A stretch of 63,752 nt of DNA, the filler included, from Phoronis australis (taxonomy: Eukaryota; Animalia; Phoronida): the NCBI GenBank assembly GCA_002633005.1. It is 4 parts of 4 records of this genome, joined end to end, with 100 filler letters (N's around TTAATTAATTAA, not from the genome) between each part and the next. Parts side by side here need not be neighbours in the genome. Positions count along the whole stretch, not along the records: positions 1 to 19,966 come from NMRA01000107.1; positions 20,067 to 45,007 come from NMRA01000002.1; 2 more parts are not named here. One strand, written 5' to 3'. Positions 12,091 through 25,233 of this stretch are shown here, in pieces. Position 1 is the first letter of the stretch; each line of letters begins with the position of its first letter. The position numbers were made by a program, and so were the translations under genes. The notes beneath the pieces are model-generated. The model was not told where the DNA came from. It did not search any database and worked only from the letters and a program-made list of their open reading frames with translations.

Positions 12091-13612
12091 TATTAGCGTG
12101 AAATCGCATGTTACCGGCCAAATAAAGGCCTGTGGTTTATTCAGGAAATTCGACGCACCGGAAAATGAGGTGAGGATTTTCGGGCCAATCTATCACGATC
12201 GACTAAAACACGTTATGGGGAAACTAGGGCGCAAGCTCAGTACTCGCATAGATATCAGTAGATAGGCGTGTCTTTTGTTTAATTACTTTTGTTTTTCTTT
12301 CTTGTAATAAAGATAATGGCAAGCATTTATCTGTAACCGGCTGGTGGGCGCCCGAGGTTCGCTATCCGTGCTACCAGCATTTGCTGTATCCAACAAAGAC
12401 GCAACAAAGGAAAACAATGGTAGCGTCCCATAGGCGATATTCATGCGACGTGCGCAAGCGAGTTGCATGGATCTTGCAAGGTAAACAATAGTTTGCGAAA
12501 TCCATACGACATCATTTGGCATAGGGGGCGCCAGCTGAAAAGCTGCCAATAGTTGTTGTCTCCCGGCAAAACTCGGGTGGCTTGAAAAGAAAACTTGGCA
12601 CTGGACCATAGACTGCCGCAACTCAGTACTCAACTCTTAGAGAGATCAAACCTCAAGCAAAGACTAACTATCATCTTTTCAGCCAACATATAAGTGGTTT
12701 CCTTCAGAAATGGAATAAATCGGCTGTGATATGTTATACATTGCGGGACCAAGCGGCCACCTCGGACCCTATACGTGAGAACCCAGTGTTCACTCCTCTA
12801 GCTAGATCACCACAATTTCGCAACGACTGCCCCCATGTCGTAGAAACGATTTTTGCGGTGCCTTTATTCCGTGCTAGGCCCAAGTTGCACTGGTTTCCAC
12901 AGCATTTGGATAGGTATATAGCTCCTGTGCCGTCCTCATTTTCTAGGCTCATTTTCTAGGCTCCCAACCTGTAGCTTATTTGTCTGTATGGAATAGCTGA
13001 CACTGCTTGGCCCTCCCACAAATACGTGCAATCCCATGGGTCTGTTTGGCGGCCAATGGGGAAGTACAACTGTTGCTGGGTGTATTAGAATCATGGGCCA
13101 GTTGAAGACAATGGAAATGGAGTTAAAGCAGGACGTGAGGATCGAGGATTGAGTGAAATAAAATAAAATACTAACTTCGGGAAACCTGGCTGGTGGTAGA
13201 GGCTTTTAATTTCCCGTTTCAAATGCTGTGTCAGTAACTGAAATTTGAACTGATATACAATTGATTTTTCATAGCAGTTGGGTAAGTCGTCAACATCAGC
13301 GTCGAATGTTGTTCCATCTTCCTCAGAAAGAATGGAAAAATGATACTATTTCTCGTATAGGTAAGCCGGACGAAATACTGAATTCCCTTTTATAGTCACT
13401 GCTTCAACATCCAGAATGTGCTTTAAACGGTAAGTCTACTGATGGGGTCTCCCATTGACAATGACAAATACAATATTACTATGCCTGCACAGGGTTTAGA
13501 CATCTGTTTGAGGTCAACTGTTGTGTAGACAATGCAGAATGGAAATGAAAATTGATTTCAGTGATTTAAACATATATCAGACAACATCCACTACAATCAG
13601 ACTGTCGAAGGT

Positions 13613-14657
13613 CACAATGCCTTACAAATGAATGTACCACACAATGCCATACAAATGAATGTACCACAAACTGTCTTAAAAATGCATGTACCACACATTG
13701 CCTTACAAATGAATGTGCAACACACTGCCTTACAAATGAATGTACCACACACTGGTTACAAATGAATGTACCATACACTGCCTTACAAATGAATGTACCA
13801 CACAATGCCTTACAAATGAATGTACCACACAATGCCTTACAAATGAATGTACCACATCCTCCCTTACAAATGAATGTACCATACTCTGCCTTACAAATGA
13901 ATGTACCACACAATGCCTTACAAATGAATGTACCACACACTGCTTACAAATGAATGTATCACACAATGCCTTACAAATGAATGTATCACACAATGCCTTA
14001 CAAATGAATGTACCACACACTGCCTTACAAATGAATGTATCACACAATGCCTTACAAATGAATGTATCACACAATGCCTTACAAATGAATGTATCACACA
14101 ATGCCTTACAAATGAATGTATCACACAATGCCTTACAAATGAATGTATCACACAATGCCTTACAAATGAATGTATCACACAATGCCTTACAAATGAATGT
14201 ATCACACAATGCCTTACAAATGAATGTATCACACAATGCCTTACAAATGAATGTATCACACAATGCCTTACAAATGAATGTATCACACAATGCCTTACAA
14301 ATGAATGTATCACACAATGCCTTACAAATGAATGTATCACACAATGCCTTACAAATGAATGTATCACACAATGCCTTACAAATGAATGTATCACACAATG
14401 CCTTACAAATGAATGTATCACACAATGCCTTACAAATGAATGTAACACACACTGCCTTACAAATGAATGTACCACACACTGCCTTACAAATGAATGTACT
14501 ACACACTGCTTACAAATGAATGTACTACACACTGCTTACAAATGAATGTACCACACACTGCTTACAAATGAATGTAACACACACTGCCTTACAAATGAAT
14601 GTACCACACACTGCCTTACAAATGAATGTATCACACAATGCCTTACAAATGAATGTA
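13613..14657. repeat. 27-bp minisatellite, ~39 units (CACAATGCCTTACAAATGAATGTATCA)
   Basis: Head-to-tail tandem units, identical in the centre and divergent at both edges. Confidence 0.97.
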
Positions 14658-17269
14658 GGCGCACACACATTTCGTGAATTGGTGTATTCGGAACTAGGAC
14701 CAATATCAAAGATTCGGAAAGAATAGATTGTCGTAACTTCGGTTGCAGTTGGGCGATTTCGGCGATTCAAAAACTAAACATGATCACCATTTGACGAAGA
14801 TTTCAGAAACACAATTGATTTATATTTCAAATATAACTTAACTTTTATTTTCATCAGCACAGCCTAGTCAGAGATTAGACCAATTATCGAACAAAAGAGA
14901 GCTGTCCCTTAAACCATGAATGCCAGCATGGACTCGGAGTTAATCAGTCGTGTAAGATATTGGCTACTGTGGGGCAAACTTCCCAACTTGTTGTTGGGCT
15001 ATAGACTCGAACAAGTTGGGAGCAACGGGAAAACGCCGCCATGTACCATACAATTCTGGCAAGATAATTCAGAGACATTATCCAATTACATGTCAGACAA
15101 GTTTTGCCTTCTGAACCACCCTCATTGTCCAATTTCGTGTCAGTATTGGTAATCAAACGATATTTTTAATGCAACTAGAAGTACATGTAGCTATACAGCT
15201 CAGACCCTGCACTTTGTAGGTCGCCGGGAAGTCCCAACATCAACTAACCGGTATAATCTCTTGCAAAGATCAAATTTATTTTTTGTAGGTCAACAACTAA
15301 ATAATACATGTATGCGTATGCCAAGATCAAATTTCAAGGGTATCGAGGTTGACTTCACTTTTGTCGTCCAACCCAACGCACCAGTGCAAGCCAAAGTCGT
15401 AAACTTCAAACAGGAATAGCGGTCCCGTTAGCGCTATCAGCCTGAGTAAACTCCACCTACATGTAGACTAAAACGCTCTGCAATAATTATTAGTCAGGTA
15501 GACTTCTCACGCTTTTTGCCAAAATTATTTCTACTTTTTCTGGCAATCACTTTTGTCGAACTAATCTCGGATTTGCGTCAATTAACTGAAAATTTCATTC
15601 GCCGCCCGCAGTAATATGAAACACTCCAACAAACAACCAAGACGACGCATTCTACCTCAAGCACCAAACACCATCGTGCTGCATGAACCTTTCATATAAT
15701 TCAGTTGCAAACGCTAACGTTAGTTGCGAATACTGGACATCTTATTGCCTGCATCGCTGTTGTATTCATTTTATTACCCTTCTTCTGTCACATGTGCTCA
15801 AATAAAAGATAAATTGGCATGTAAAGAGTCAGGGACTGAAAAGCTGTGGGGTCCAAGGACGGATCCAGGATTTTGAGTTGGGGGCAGGGTATTAGCCAGG
15901 ATTTTCCCGTCAGACCTTCGCACCCCCGAACTGCAAAATGGAGTCTGGGATAATTTAAGGGGGACATGGTCCCCCTCTAAATCAACCACAGGGGTCTCTG
16001 CCATTGCGAACAATTGTCACAGAGAACTGAACAGTCCCGGGGAGTTAAAAGCGCGGCCTGGTACACTGCTTTAACCAGATCTTGCTCAGTGCGTCAAAAC
16101 TTCTGGTTGAACTGTTCTTGGTATTAATTTCATTTTTATAGGAAGCGACTTGAGTGAAAAGTTCAAGGTACCCTTTATTGTACTAAGTAAATCAAGCAGA
16201 AACGCCGTTAGAAAAGGTAAAGTGTCTAAATTCAAACGCGTTTGCTTGCACATACGCATTTGGTAAGTTCAGGGCTAATCACCATCGACACCTCCACCAA
16301 ACAAAATTTCGCTGCTGAATGCGAGTTGTAGTACTACATGATCAAGCCTTTCCATAGGACAGCCGGCTGTTCAGTAATATATGAACAGTGTATATGTTCC
16401 AATTGACTGACGTGGCCTGAGTGGCTGCATCGTTCGAAAAACATAAATAGGGCGAACATGAAAACAAGCCCAAGGCCCTATCTTGAATTCCATCATCTGC
16501 ATTCTATTTTACCCGATTTTCTCTTGCGAAAGTGGAGACGATTCATCTTTGTCTGTCTGTACTGAAACGTCATTGTTTCAACCTTTTTGTGTTTCCGTTG
16601 TCGAAAAATATTTCCGGGACATTAATTTCTAAACTGTATTTTTGTGCAAGAAAGTGAATACTAAACTACAAAATATCATTGCTTCTTCACTGACGGATCT
16701 CCAGGCGACCGGCAGTGGCGCTGCGCCCTACGACTCCGTTTCCGTCGTCTGCTTCACTGTGAAATGAAGAAAATTACTTCATTTTTTTTAAAGAAAATGG
16801 AATCTGAGTGACGATGAAAAAACAGAAGCTGCTGGTAAGATGTCAATTTTATTCGAAGCCTTAGTGAATCACTCAGAAACTCACAATTCTCTCTTTGTCA
16901 CACCTTAACTTAAAGACGATTTCCAAAGCAATCGCGTCATTAATGCCAACACAAAAAACGGATTTGGTCTTTTGGGCAATTGAAAACTATTTTAAATACA
17001 ACAAATTTGTTACGAACTGATTGCACAAATATAAAAAGTGTAATAAGCATTACAAAAAGAAGTAGGTTTCGCGCGCAAACGCTGTGGACCATAAACAACT
17101 ACATCTCTTATTATCAAGATTGTGAGTGAAGTCGTCAGTGTTGCATTGGTAAAGCACGCGCGCACTAAACGTCAGATCGTGAGTTCGAGTCTGTGACCAT
17201 TGCCATTTTTTTTCTTTTTCTTTGTCTTTTTTCTTGCATAATACTTCAGGAATCAAGGAAAATGCTTAT

Positions 17270-17428
17270 TTTTAGAGGAAAAACAGAAAAATTTTCCTGG
17301 GCGGGAGGGGTGCGGACCCCCCTCCCGACCTCCCCCCATTCGGTGCTATGCGCATCTAATTGTGCTTTGCACAAATGTTTTCAGACAAAGTGTTGGGCCC
17401 CCCTTGTGATATCCTAGATCCGCCACTG
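17270..17428. mobile_element. Right end of a CAGTGGCGGATC-type MITE (related small copy ~15854-15990)
   Basis: Ends ...CCTAGATCCGCCACTG after C/G-run subterminal sequence. Confidence 0.5.
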
Positions 17429-17829
17429 GTCACCGTCACTTTCAAGTGCCAATCCCACCTCGTTTTCACTATCTGAGTCCATGAACACTTCCTCAGCTGG
17501 TCAACACTCATCTTCCCACGTTTGGCACCAGCCAAGATAAAACTTACGTAAACTTTCAAATATCTCGGTAACAACTCACCACAGCCATATGTTGTAAATC
17601 AGAAAAATGTACAGGAAACTATGAACTGTAGAACGCGCATGCTCACATATATAAACAGCGTACGGGGCTTTCAAAATTTCTGAATGAAAAACACCAGTGT
17701 CCTGGGGTGAGTACACTCTCCTTGCGCAGCCCAGATGTAGCTTATTTTAGGCGATTGAGTACACCCGACGCACTTTAATAGGATAATTGGCTTTTCGGCT
17801 GACCTCTCCTAGCGCAGGATCAGGGTTAA

Positions 17830-19210
17830 AGGAGCATGCCACTCAAAAAACAACCTATTTTGTGTCAATTTAGATCGAGTAGTTCTACTCGATAACGGCA
17901 CGTACGGTTGCGTTACCTGACACCTGACGGAGGTGTTGAAATTATCCAATGACGTAATTGGTTTCACACGCAGTTTGTTCAGCAGTTCGCAACAAGGGTT
18001 ACTGGTGTCAGCATATCGCTTGAATTCATCGTTTAACAGTAATAAATTATCAAACTTCGATTTAAAACCCTTAAAAATACACAGAGTTCTTACAAAAGCG
18101 TGTTGTTTTATTTCGCTGTTACGAATTTATTGGTATTTGGACACACCGTAGCCTACAAAGTTCGGCAGGCCAATAAGGACCGTAGCAGGAGTTTGGGGTC
18201 CGTTCGTAGATAAATTCGAAGTATTTTTCCGTAAGATACAGACAGGAGAACCTAGATCTGTGTTTTTTAGACTTGTGATTTTTTGAGTTCTAAACACACA
18301 AAACGCTTGTTATCCTGGCCAATGGCTCGGAAACCGATCAGGCCCGTCGCGGCCAGACTGACTCGTTATCCCGGCCAGCGGCTCGGAAACCGATCAGGCC
18401 CGTCGCGGCCAGACTGAAGACATCACGAACGTAAACCAGCCAAAGTTGGAAACTAAACTTCCAGTCAAGAAAATACTATACCAGTGAGCCAATTAACTAG
18501 TAATGTGCACGTGATTATGTTGGTGAATTAGCCACCAAACTGCAAATCTACTTATTCGGCGTTGGGTCCGCGAATTCAGGTTCCGCTTTCAGCCACAGAA
18601 CCGTCGGGGCAGAAGTTGTACATTGACAATCATTATTTGAATAATGTAAATGTAAATAAAAATTCCACTAACACCTGGCCGGCCGTGGGATAGAAAATCA
18701 AGTTGTTTCAAAACAGTTTCTGTCAGTAAACACTGAATTAGCATGCGCTCACACGGCCTCGGTGTCCCGCAATTAGCTTTATTGCACCTAAAGCCGGTAA
18801 CGCAGTGATGTATTTATTGCTGGCTTCTCAAATCATTTGCACTCACGAGCACTCCAAAGGCATTACAAATTGCATCTAATGAGACAGATTTTGTTTCAGT
18901 TTTACATAAATATTGGTTAGGGTGAGAATAATTCATTTTGAAACAGAACGCTCAACATGGCAACTCGCAATCCCGACTTAGACGAGAGCTCATCCGGACG
19001 AAAACTTCGCAGGTGGATCGTTAAGTTTCACAGGCTATCAGTTCGAACTGGAATACAGTGAAATACTAGACAGGCGCCGTAAAGAAGCTCAGACAACGCA
19101 GGTTAACACGACACCTCTCGGCAAGGTAAGGTCGACCGTATGAGAGGCGATGTGGATATACACCGATTAAGACGGCAAAAAAGACTAATTAAATCGGGTG
19201 GCATTCTCCT
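17830..19210. mobile_element. Non-autonomous Kolobok-like DNA transposon
   Basis: TTAA|AGGAGCATGCCACTC ... GGGTGGCATTCTCCT|TTAA: 15-bp TIRs (13/15) with TTAA TSD and AGG..CCT ends. Internal 56-bp tandem duplication 18309-18418. Confidence 0.75.
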
Positions 19211-19545
19211 TTAAATCAGTGATTACACACTGAAAACGACGCCGCGGTACTAAAACACTTTGTTTGGATTTCATGCGCATACGAATTTGCCCGCATGGTT
19301 TACTACGGAATAGATTACGTGCTTGCATTCTTAAAAGAATATGAAGTACATGTAGGAATTTTAATGAATTATCAACCACTATACAATCATCAAGTCCATG
19401 TCAAGATCGCATCACAGCACGATTGTAATCTGTGATCAAGGAGTGTAGTAGTATAGGAGAGTTCACTTGTGAGTTCGCTGTTACCGCTACTACTAGCGCC
19501 GCCAAGTGGTGAACAAGCTACGGTCAACCAGGAAGCGCCAAAACA

Positions 19546-19643
19546 ATGGGGACGGACGCATTTTGCAGTGCGATAAATTGCATGAATTGATCCACGAAAA
19601 CCCCACACGTGTCATTTTGTAGGTTTCCTAAGGATCCAGAAAG
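19546..19643 (+). pseudogene. THAP zinc-finger first exon remnant (probably transposon-derived)
   Basis: MGTDAFCSAINCMN*STKTPHVSFCRFPKDPER then GTAAGG donor; C-x4-C...SF-x-RFPKD THAP signature with a premature TGA at 19588. Confidence 0.7.
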
Positions 19644-19966
19644 GTAAGGATTATCTGTTATTCAATAATATGATACATTGTCTTTCATTTTGTGTGTTCT
19701 GTTCACGGTTGTTAGACAAGTCGATCGCAGTCCCGGTGCCCGGTGGCACTGTCTGTTGTCTGCAGTGTAGGCTAGACCTACTGGGCAGCCGGCGGAAGAG
19801 GACTATGATTAACGTACGATGTGATCGTCAGCTTTTTGGATACTTGCAGTCCATGTATTCCAAATCAAAATGTCACTCTAACGATCGCAGGGATAATTTT
19901 AGGAAAACATTCCCATGGCCATGGGTGAATATGAATCGTGGTGACACGGCCATGGCACAATCACAG

Positions 19967-20066
19967 NNNNNNNNNNNNNNNNNNNNNNNNNNNNNNNNNN
20001 NNNNNNNNNNTTAATTAATTAANNNNNNNNNNNNNNNNNNNNNNNNNNNNNNNNNNNNNNNNNNNN
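19967..20066. other. Assembly gap linker
   Basis: N44-TTAATTAATTAA-N44; the 12-mer puts stops in all six frames. Confidence 0.97.
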
Positions 20067-20779
20067 ACCTTTTAAAAATTGAGTCATGAAAAGTAAATCT
20101 TTACTTAGTGGCTGCAAAAGATGGTCACATTTCTTACATCATGTCACATCTGTAACAAACTGTTACAGATGTGACTTGAAATGTTTTTTGATTTTTTTGG
20201 AACTGGATTGAGATACATTTGAGAAATTTTGCTAAATTATGTTGATTAGGGTGAATAAAGAGAAAATTAAATTGTGTTAAAATTGATTTACTTTTTTTCC
20301 TAAAATCAAAACTTTTGTTACTTAAATGTTACAGATGTGACTTTCACTAATTTGAAAGTTTAATTGGAAATACTAATTATCAAAAAATCAGGTAGTTTCA
20401 ACTGTTAGTATACTTCTTGTGTAGCAAATGATATATTAAAACAATTTTGGCATTTATTTCTTCATGTCTGTAGAAAAAATTATGAAAAAAGTTATGTCAC
20501 ATCTGTAACGCAAAATTTTACAAATAAGAGATAAACCTTCCGATAAAAGCAAAATTTCTAAGACTAACAGAAAATGGACCTGCAGACAACAAAATTCAAT
20601 GATTAAACTATGTTTTAACATCAAAATGAAAGTTAAAAGGCTGATTTGAAATTTTTAAGTCCATGGCACAAATACCGTGGAATGTACCTTCTGCGTCTGT
20701 AGAAAAAAAATTTGAGTAACCTTGCTGGGTACAAGGGAACTTTGTTGATGCTCTTCACTAGATACTCTTGGTGTTGAAA

Positions 20780-22360
20780 ATCCGCCATGTCTAGAGTTGT
20801 TAGTGTATTTTTCCTATTTTCTCAGTATTTGTACGGAACTTACCGTCACCTACATGGAATGATTTCCATGCGCGAATTCCTTGGGTGGAATAGTGGGAAT
20901 TTGGGAATGTACTTATACCAGGAACTGAGTATTTTGGAAAAGATTTTGTTGCATTGACTGAACATGCATACACATAACATCCCTTCACACGGCCTCTGGA
21001 AAGTAATGCTTCTTTTAAATCCAGAAACTTTATGATATTGTTACCTTCGGCTACAAAGTACTTTGCATGTTGTTTGAGTGGAGCGATCTTGCGATTTCAG
21101 AGATCCTTTCCATTCTGACTTTCACTAAAGTCATATCTCGAAACAGAAATGCCGGTAGAATTTGACAAGGCAGTTACGTTTATGAGGAGAGGAGCAGAGT
21201 GGTAACATCCAGCATTACCTGACACTTCCATGGCTGGTCCTGTTCAGTCAAAAATTCACCGACTCTGGGTAGTACGAGTGCGTACTCTGGCACAGGCCTT
21301 GCTTTGTGAGGTAGTTTCCTGTATCTCAAATGTTCAGTGGTGTCTTTGACATAACTCACTAAAGCACAAAGCTTTTGTGATGGGATTTTTTGCAGAATAA
21401 ACTCTAAAGGAACATGAAGGCCCATCGACATCGTTCGCCATTTTGTCTTTAAAAATGCACTCTCTTCTCTCAAAACCAGTCATTACAAATATCAATTCTT
21501 ACTCGTTTAATCTTAAAGGCATTTATTTCCATTTAAAATTTCTACAGAGTGTTTAAATTAACCTGATAATGTAATAGAAATGAAAAAATACAAGAGGGTT
21601 ACACGTACATTTTTTATATATCCTCAAGCTTAACCTCAACTGACTCCCTCAGTGGGCAAAGCTCATCGGGTTCAGGTTTGACTAGCCGCGTAATAAACCC
21701 GGAAAACATCTTGTTTTCATTTGAAAGAGTTAAGACTTGGTTTCTATAACTATTTAAAGCAGACGTCTTGCCTAAAAGTTTGTTCAAATGGTCTGTAAAC
21801 TCTGCTCGTCATTTCCAAACTATGAAAATAGACAGTTGCAAGACAATTTTCACTAAGGTGCAAAGTTGAGGTAAGATTTTTTATTGCTCAGTCATCAAGA
21901 CTAATTCTTTTACTGTATGTTCAAAACGTCACATAAGGCTACAAGGTGTTTTATGGCAGTAAGAAGGTCACAAAAATGGCCTCTAAAATTAGCCCCAAAA
22001 AGTGGTCTGAGGATTATCTCCCTGTCTAGTACAAAACTGTCAGATTTTAATGAATGACACAGAATTATGTACAGTATACATTGGTTATTTCAGCCACCAA
22101 AATATAGCTTTTGGTCTATTTTGTATGTTACTCATTTTTGTTGCTGAAAACGTGCGATTTTTGAGACGGCTAACATGCCCAATTGTGCCAATTTGTGTTA
22201 TCATGCTCCAGCGGCGAAATTAGGGGTCAATTGAGTGCACAAAATTTGGCATTTGGGTTTATGTTAGGATACCTACCCATGTACAAAAAATGAAGTTGTT
22301 TTAAATTTTGACGTATAGACTGATTTTTGAAAATCTACTGGTTTTTATATGGACTGTCTC
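20780..22360 (-). mobile_element. Decayed Sola3-like DNA transposon (transposase remnants plus one terminus)
   Basis: Minus-strand remnants SGNAGCYHSAPL, RYDFSESQNGKDL*NRKIAPLKQH...EGNNI, PGIS...GIRAWKSFHVGDGK. Terminus ...ATATGGACTGTCTC|TTAA at 22360 (GAG end, TTAA target). Confidence 0.6.
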
Positions 22361-23346
22361 TTAACAACTAATAAACAACAAATCTTTTCATGCAAAAGTC
22401 ATGTGAAACAAGTACTAAAATGTTTGTGGCGAGGTGCTGGTCATAGAATTTGAATGGAAGTGTTTGCAAGCTTGCTTTTAAGGGACATACCCAGTGAGAG
22501 AAATTATTTTTCAGAAATTTGTAGCGCAGAGTCAAATGCACTGAATCCTTACTAGCAGCTGACCAGTACCTTGTGCGGCTAAACCAGAACCCCACATTAA
22601 TTAGCAGAGTATTTTATTGAGTTTATTTACATGATAAAGACGCTGGCCTTAATTTCAGCAAATGTCTAACAGACAACAGCATTTTTCGACCAGAATACCA
22701 ATAATGTCCTTTTAAAGATGGAGACATCTTGCTTCATCTGCTTCAAGTTTCAAAAGTTACACAACAATATAATGCTCGGTTTGGCAACCTGGGAAAAATC
22801 CCAAGTCGGCATGAAGTTGCCGCACAGAGTATCGGGTAATATTTCCTGGAAATTCGTTTCAAAATTTGTGGTGACTTCCGAACTTTAAATTACTAACGGT
22901 TTTCTTAGATTAAATACCTTTGTTCCATGAAATCGGTGCAGTTGACACCCTCAGCAGTCAGCACACATCAAACACGTCTTTAACTGAATTGCAACAGAAA
23001 GTCAACAGATGAATGTTAGAATTAATTATCCGATGAAAATCAGGCAAGATCATACTATGAATCTTACGCCTCTAGGAGGAAGCGAGTTAGAGGTTGAATG
23101 GTGCATATTTTTACAGGAGAAATGGAAGAGGTATGTTGTATGCATTATTTTTGAGAATGGAGTAAGGTGGGACCTTTATTTTTTTCTGTTTTTTTTTTTG
23201 TCAACCTGAGATTTCTTTTGGCAACCTGGGATTTTCACGAAGTCGCATTTGAGGACTTGGAGTCGAGCTTAGCGGCGAGCACTGGACATGCTTGTGAGAT
23301 TAGACTAAAACGTTTGCGTTACATCGCCATTGCACATGTATTCCAG

Positions 23347-23610
23347 GAACCATCAAGAACCTGAGTCCAGAACTTTGGAAGCTACAACACCTGACCTCGT
23401 TATACCTGAATGACAACTGGTTAACGAGGATACCACCTGAGATATGCCAGCTTCAACACCTGCTGTACTTAGATCTTTCGGGCAACAAGATTCGCGCTCT
23501 CCCCTCGGAGCTTGGCGACCTTGTCTCGCTCAGGGAACTGCTGTTGAACAACAACCTACTGCGTTCATTGCCATGTGAACTTGGCAAATTATTCCAGCTG
23601 CAGACACTAG
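23347..23610 (+). CDS. CNOT6: CCR4-NOT subunit 6 (CCR4 deadenylase), LRR exon
   Basis: AG/GT-bounded; GTIKNLSPELWKLQHLTSLYLNDN...LDLSGNKIRALPSELG...LGKLFQLQTLG matches the CCR4 LRR. Not in the ORF track. Confidence 0.95.
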
Positions 23611-25134
23611 GTACTGTCCACCAATAGAGGGCGTGCTGGTAGTCACAGTAATTCTTGAAAAAATGATTGAATCTCAGTGTAGTGGGCTAGCTTTGCAAAA
23701 CTGATGATGGTCTGTGTAACTGTATTACCGATTTGTTTTGATAATTTTATAACAGGAAAATTGATAATTTTCATAACGAGCATAATTTGAGGATTCATGA
23801 TAACAGGCAAAATTTGATAGTTTTGATAAATAGGCCAAAATTCTTAATTTTGATAACAAGCAAAAAAATGGTAATTTTGATAACAGGCAAAAATTAAATA
23901 TTTTCGGTCAGATCAATAGTTGGCTGCAACAAAAGCTGAAGTTATTGGGAGTCTTTTGGGGACCAAATAAGGATTAGAACAGAAGTCTCAATAAGTTTCA
24001 TCTCGAACAAAAAATATTTCTGTCAAGAGAGCAGTGTTACATTTATGTATTTCGAAAGGTCAGTTGCATAAATTTTTGTAGTAAAATTTGGAGTGACTCG
24101 ATAACCACTTTCCGAAATAATAGTGACGTAATGAAACACGACTTGATGCTAGATGGCATTAATGTAATCAATGGGCATTGATCTGTGCTCTTGTAGGGGG
24201 GGTTTAATGTAATGAGATTTCATGAATTCTTTGCGACCATCACGCCATCAAATTGCCACTGTTGTGTGGTGGACTAATCAATGATTCAAACAAAAATGTC
24301 CAGCATCTCAAAATGTCCACGAATCTGTTTTTTTCCCTGTCAACTCGGACCTTGCTTGCGAAAATTAGAAATTGGGTCTAGTGACAGACGCTTTCATGTT
24401 CTCGCACTGCCAAAGAGTTGCATGGTGAATGGTCCCTATAGCTTCGCATGTCAATATAATGAAACTAGTCAAATGATGTGTTCAAGCATTGATTGAAGCC
24501 AGTGGGAAAATTGTTAATCGTTTTAACAGTTCAGTGTCATCTTGAAAGGCAATTACTAGGGAACATCTAAGGGACTTAAAACTATTAATGCTCTAGTAAA
24601 ATTTCATTTGTATCCAATTATCAGCTTATGCTCTCTGAATTTTAAATGTGGGCAGGTGCTTGAAATTTTTAAAGTTTATATATCGGATTGGAATGCCAGA
24701 TTGTCAAGAATCCCAATCAAAAACACATTTCTGCTTACAATGTCAATCAGCTTTCTGTTCAGATAAAATGTCATTGAACTCAGCTTTATGTAACTATGTA
24801 AATTCTGTTTTATACTGTAACTAGATTGAAATTAAGTTATTTGTGCTCTGGGATATTGGACATTCTTAACATTCCATTTTCGATACCACTGTGTTTTTTT
24901 GTATATATTCTTGTACGGATTTGAAAAGGCTACACATTGGCCACCCTAAATAATTCCAGTTGGTATATTTTCTAATCCTCAGTTGGTCTAAATGACATTG
25001 ATACATTCCAAATAGAAATCGACTAGTGTTTTCTAACAGCGATGCTAGCAATGTGTTGTTTATACTTTTGTCGACAATTGGCTTAGAGACCCAGATTTCA
25101 TCACATATCTGTTAACTGCCATCATCTGTTGTAG

Positions 25135-25233
25135 GGTTGAAGGGCAATCCACTGAATCCTGAATACCTGACGTTATTCAGTGAGCCCAATGGGACTCAGA
25201 GACTTTTGACATACCTTCAAGACAATTTACATT
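25135..25233 (+). CDS. CNOT6: CNOT6 exon
   Basis: GLKGNPLNPEYLTLFSEPNGTQRLLTYLQDNLH; phases fit neighbours. Confidence 0.93.

Noticed and set aside
12100-13500. Short ORFs upstream of the PLE as a gene
   Set aside because: No recognisable motifs or consistent exon structure.
13566-14770. Long repetitive ORFs (CDTFICKAL, LQMNVSHNA etc.) or a CRISPR-like array
   Set aside because: Pure 27-bp tandem repeat with no unique spacers; open frames follow from the unit length; eukaryotic context with no cas genes.
17130-17205. tRNA gene
   Set aside because: B-box-like GAGTTCGAGTC is present but no cloverleaf or acceptor stem; at most a SINE relic.
20011-20022. TTAATTAATTAA as a biological palindrome
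   Set aside because: Occurs identically at the centre of all three N runs; artificial linker.
23009-23209. ORF with ...GSELEVE... as the missing CNOT6 first exon
   Set aside because: Only a short chance resemblance; lacks the KY...PRR...IM...GKKS-x-W pattern and a convincing donor.
23701-23735. CTGATGATGGT...ACCGAT as another intronic hammerhead
   Set aside because: No GAAA box, weak stem, no adjacent PLE sequence.
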